DNA of 64,000 bases. It comes from Chlorokybus atmophyticus (Eukaryota > Plantae > Mesostigma and Chlorokybus algae). The stretch is from NCBI GenBank assembly GCA_009103225.1, contig RHPI01003330.1, positions 318,472-382,471 of the forward strand, written 5' to 3'. Position 1 is the first letter of the stretch. Every line of letters begins with the position of its first letter. This document shows, one piece after another, positions 62,924-64,000 of the stretch. The notes under the pieces were generated by a model, which was not told where the DNA came from, did not search any database, and was given only the letters and a program-made list of their open reading frames with translations. The translations under genes were made by a program, and so were the position numbers.

Positions 62924-64000
62924 TCATCGCGACAGCGTGTGCACAACAGATTGCGCAAGAGCCGCGAGACTGCTTTTGCTGGCGCCTGTACTGGAACTGG
63001 GATTGAGGTCCGCGCTCTGCAGGAGCACGCTGGTCGCCTGCGTCCCAATGACGTTCTGCACGGCCCTCTGCGCATGAGCCGCAGTGTATAGCGGCTCGGA
63101 CGTCGGACTCAGTGCAATATCACTCTTTGCCAGCACGTGTGTTACCAGCAAGTGCAGAAACTCCGCACACTGGCATCTGCAATTAGAAACCACAAAATTA
63201 ATGTATTGCCAAGCAACTTTGCGTCCAGAAACTGGTGTGAGCGTGAAATGCTAACCGTGTGTGTATTGGAAGGCTGGCATCCATGAGCGACCTGGAAATG
63301 ATGGTCACGCCATTGTTGTCAGCCAGCTCCTGCAACAACGCATAACAAGTCAACCTCAAGAGGTCCTGAAGGGCGCAAAGTCCCAGCACAAAATTGGACG
63401 TGATATGCAAGCTCCAAAAGCCCCTGCCAGGCAGGGTGCACGACAACCGGACTGGACTTACGCGTTGGTTGTCAACATCATCGAGCAGCAATGCCAAAAG
63501 CGCCTCAAGACACGCCTCCTTGACAGCGGCGTCAAAGCCAGGAAGCCTTCCGACCAACACCTGTCTTACAAGGCTTTGTGCCAGTCACAAGCTGCACTCG
63601 CTACACAGAAACACGTGCTTGTTATGTCACACCTTCACAGCACGCTCGTCGCCCGCAGCTGCTCTACTTGCGGGATCGAGCAGACAACATCCTTGCAGCA
63701 CGTGCAGAGCAGAGATAATCTCATCATCAGCTGGGGGAGAATGCGGAGGCGGAGCTGGCCGGCATGTCAGTGGGTCTTCCTCGCTTCGAGAATTGCTGGC
63801 AGCGGACTGAGGCGCCAGCACGCACCGGATCAATGCTGGAGCAACTACATGACAGGTTGCATCAAATTAAGTGAGACAATGATTTCCATTCGGATTCACA
63901 ACAGTGCTGCTTAGACCGGAGTCCAACCACATCGACAACAGCACAAGTCCTCAGCATGCATGGTGCTACCTTCAAGCTCGGGGTTCTTCTGGAGCTCTGC
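62924..64000 (-). CDS. ARM-like protein of the Cdc14 (SIN component)-like family, 5' end outside the window
   Basis: Spliced EIISALHVLQGCCLLDPASR..AVK-VLVGRL..EACLEALLALLLDDVDNQR-EL..GVTIIS..R-CQCAEFLHLLVTHV. Matches from recall the plant/fungal family pattern ALxVLxGCCLL..ACLDAL..NQ..CxEFLxLL. Confidence 0.65.

Overview
Eukaryotic nuclear DNA, most consistent with a green-lineage alga: plant-like proteins, many short GT-AG introns, a few GC-AG introns and telo-box motifs. The raw ORF track is therefore mostly exon fragments, and I rebuilt gene models by hand from splice sites. About 14 intron-containing genes are supported: a CCCH zinc-finger protein (partial), SNRNP40, a BTR1/NOVA-like KH protein, an SDR, a kinase-fold protein, RPN1, an MPPED-like metallophosphoesterase, a type II thioesterase, a TPR/TM plastid-type protein, an FkbM methyltransferase, an ABCB half transporter, REV1, NBS1 and a Cdc14(SIN)-like ARM protein (partial). 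Most sit in head-to-head pairs. They are separated by AT-richer, gap-containing islands with transposon relics. The best oddities are: a probable pseudokinase with a Ras-like polybasic CaaX tail; an SDR lacking its catalytic Tyr; divergent REV1/NBS1 with four UBMs in REV1; a perfect 72-bp palindrome; a multi-hairpin GGTACC cassette within a cluster of putative non-autonomous elements; a decayed zinc-knuckle gag; and a duplicated 3' splice site. No CRISPR, rRNA or convincing tRNA was seen. Exon boundaries are manual and unverified by transcripts.
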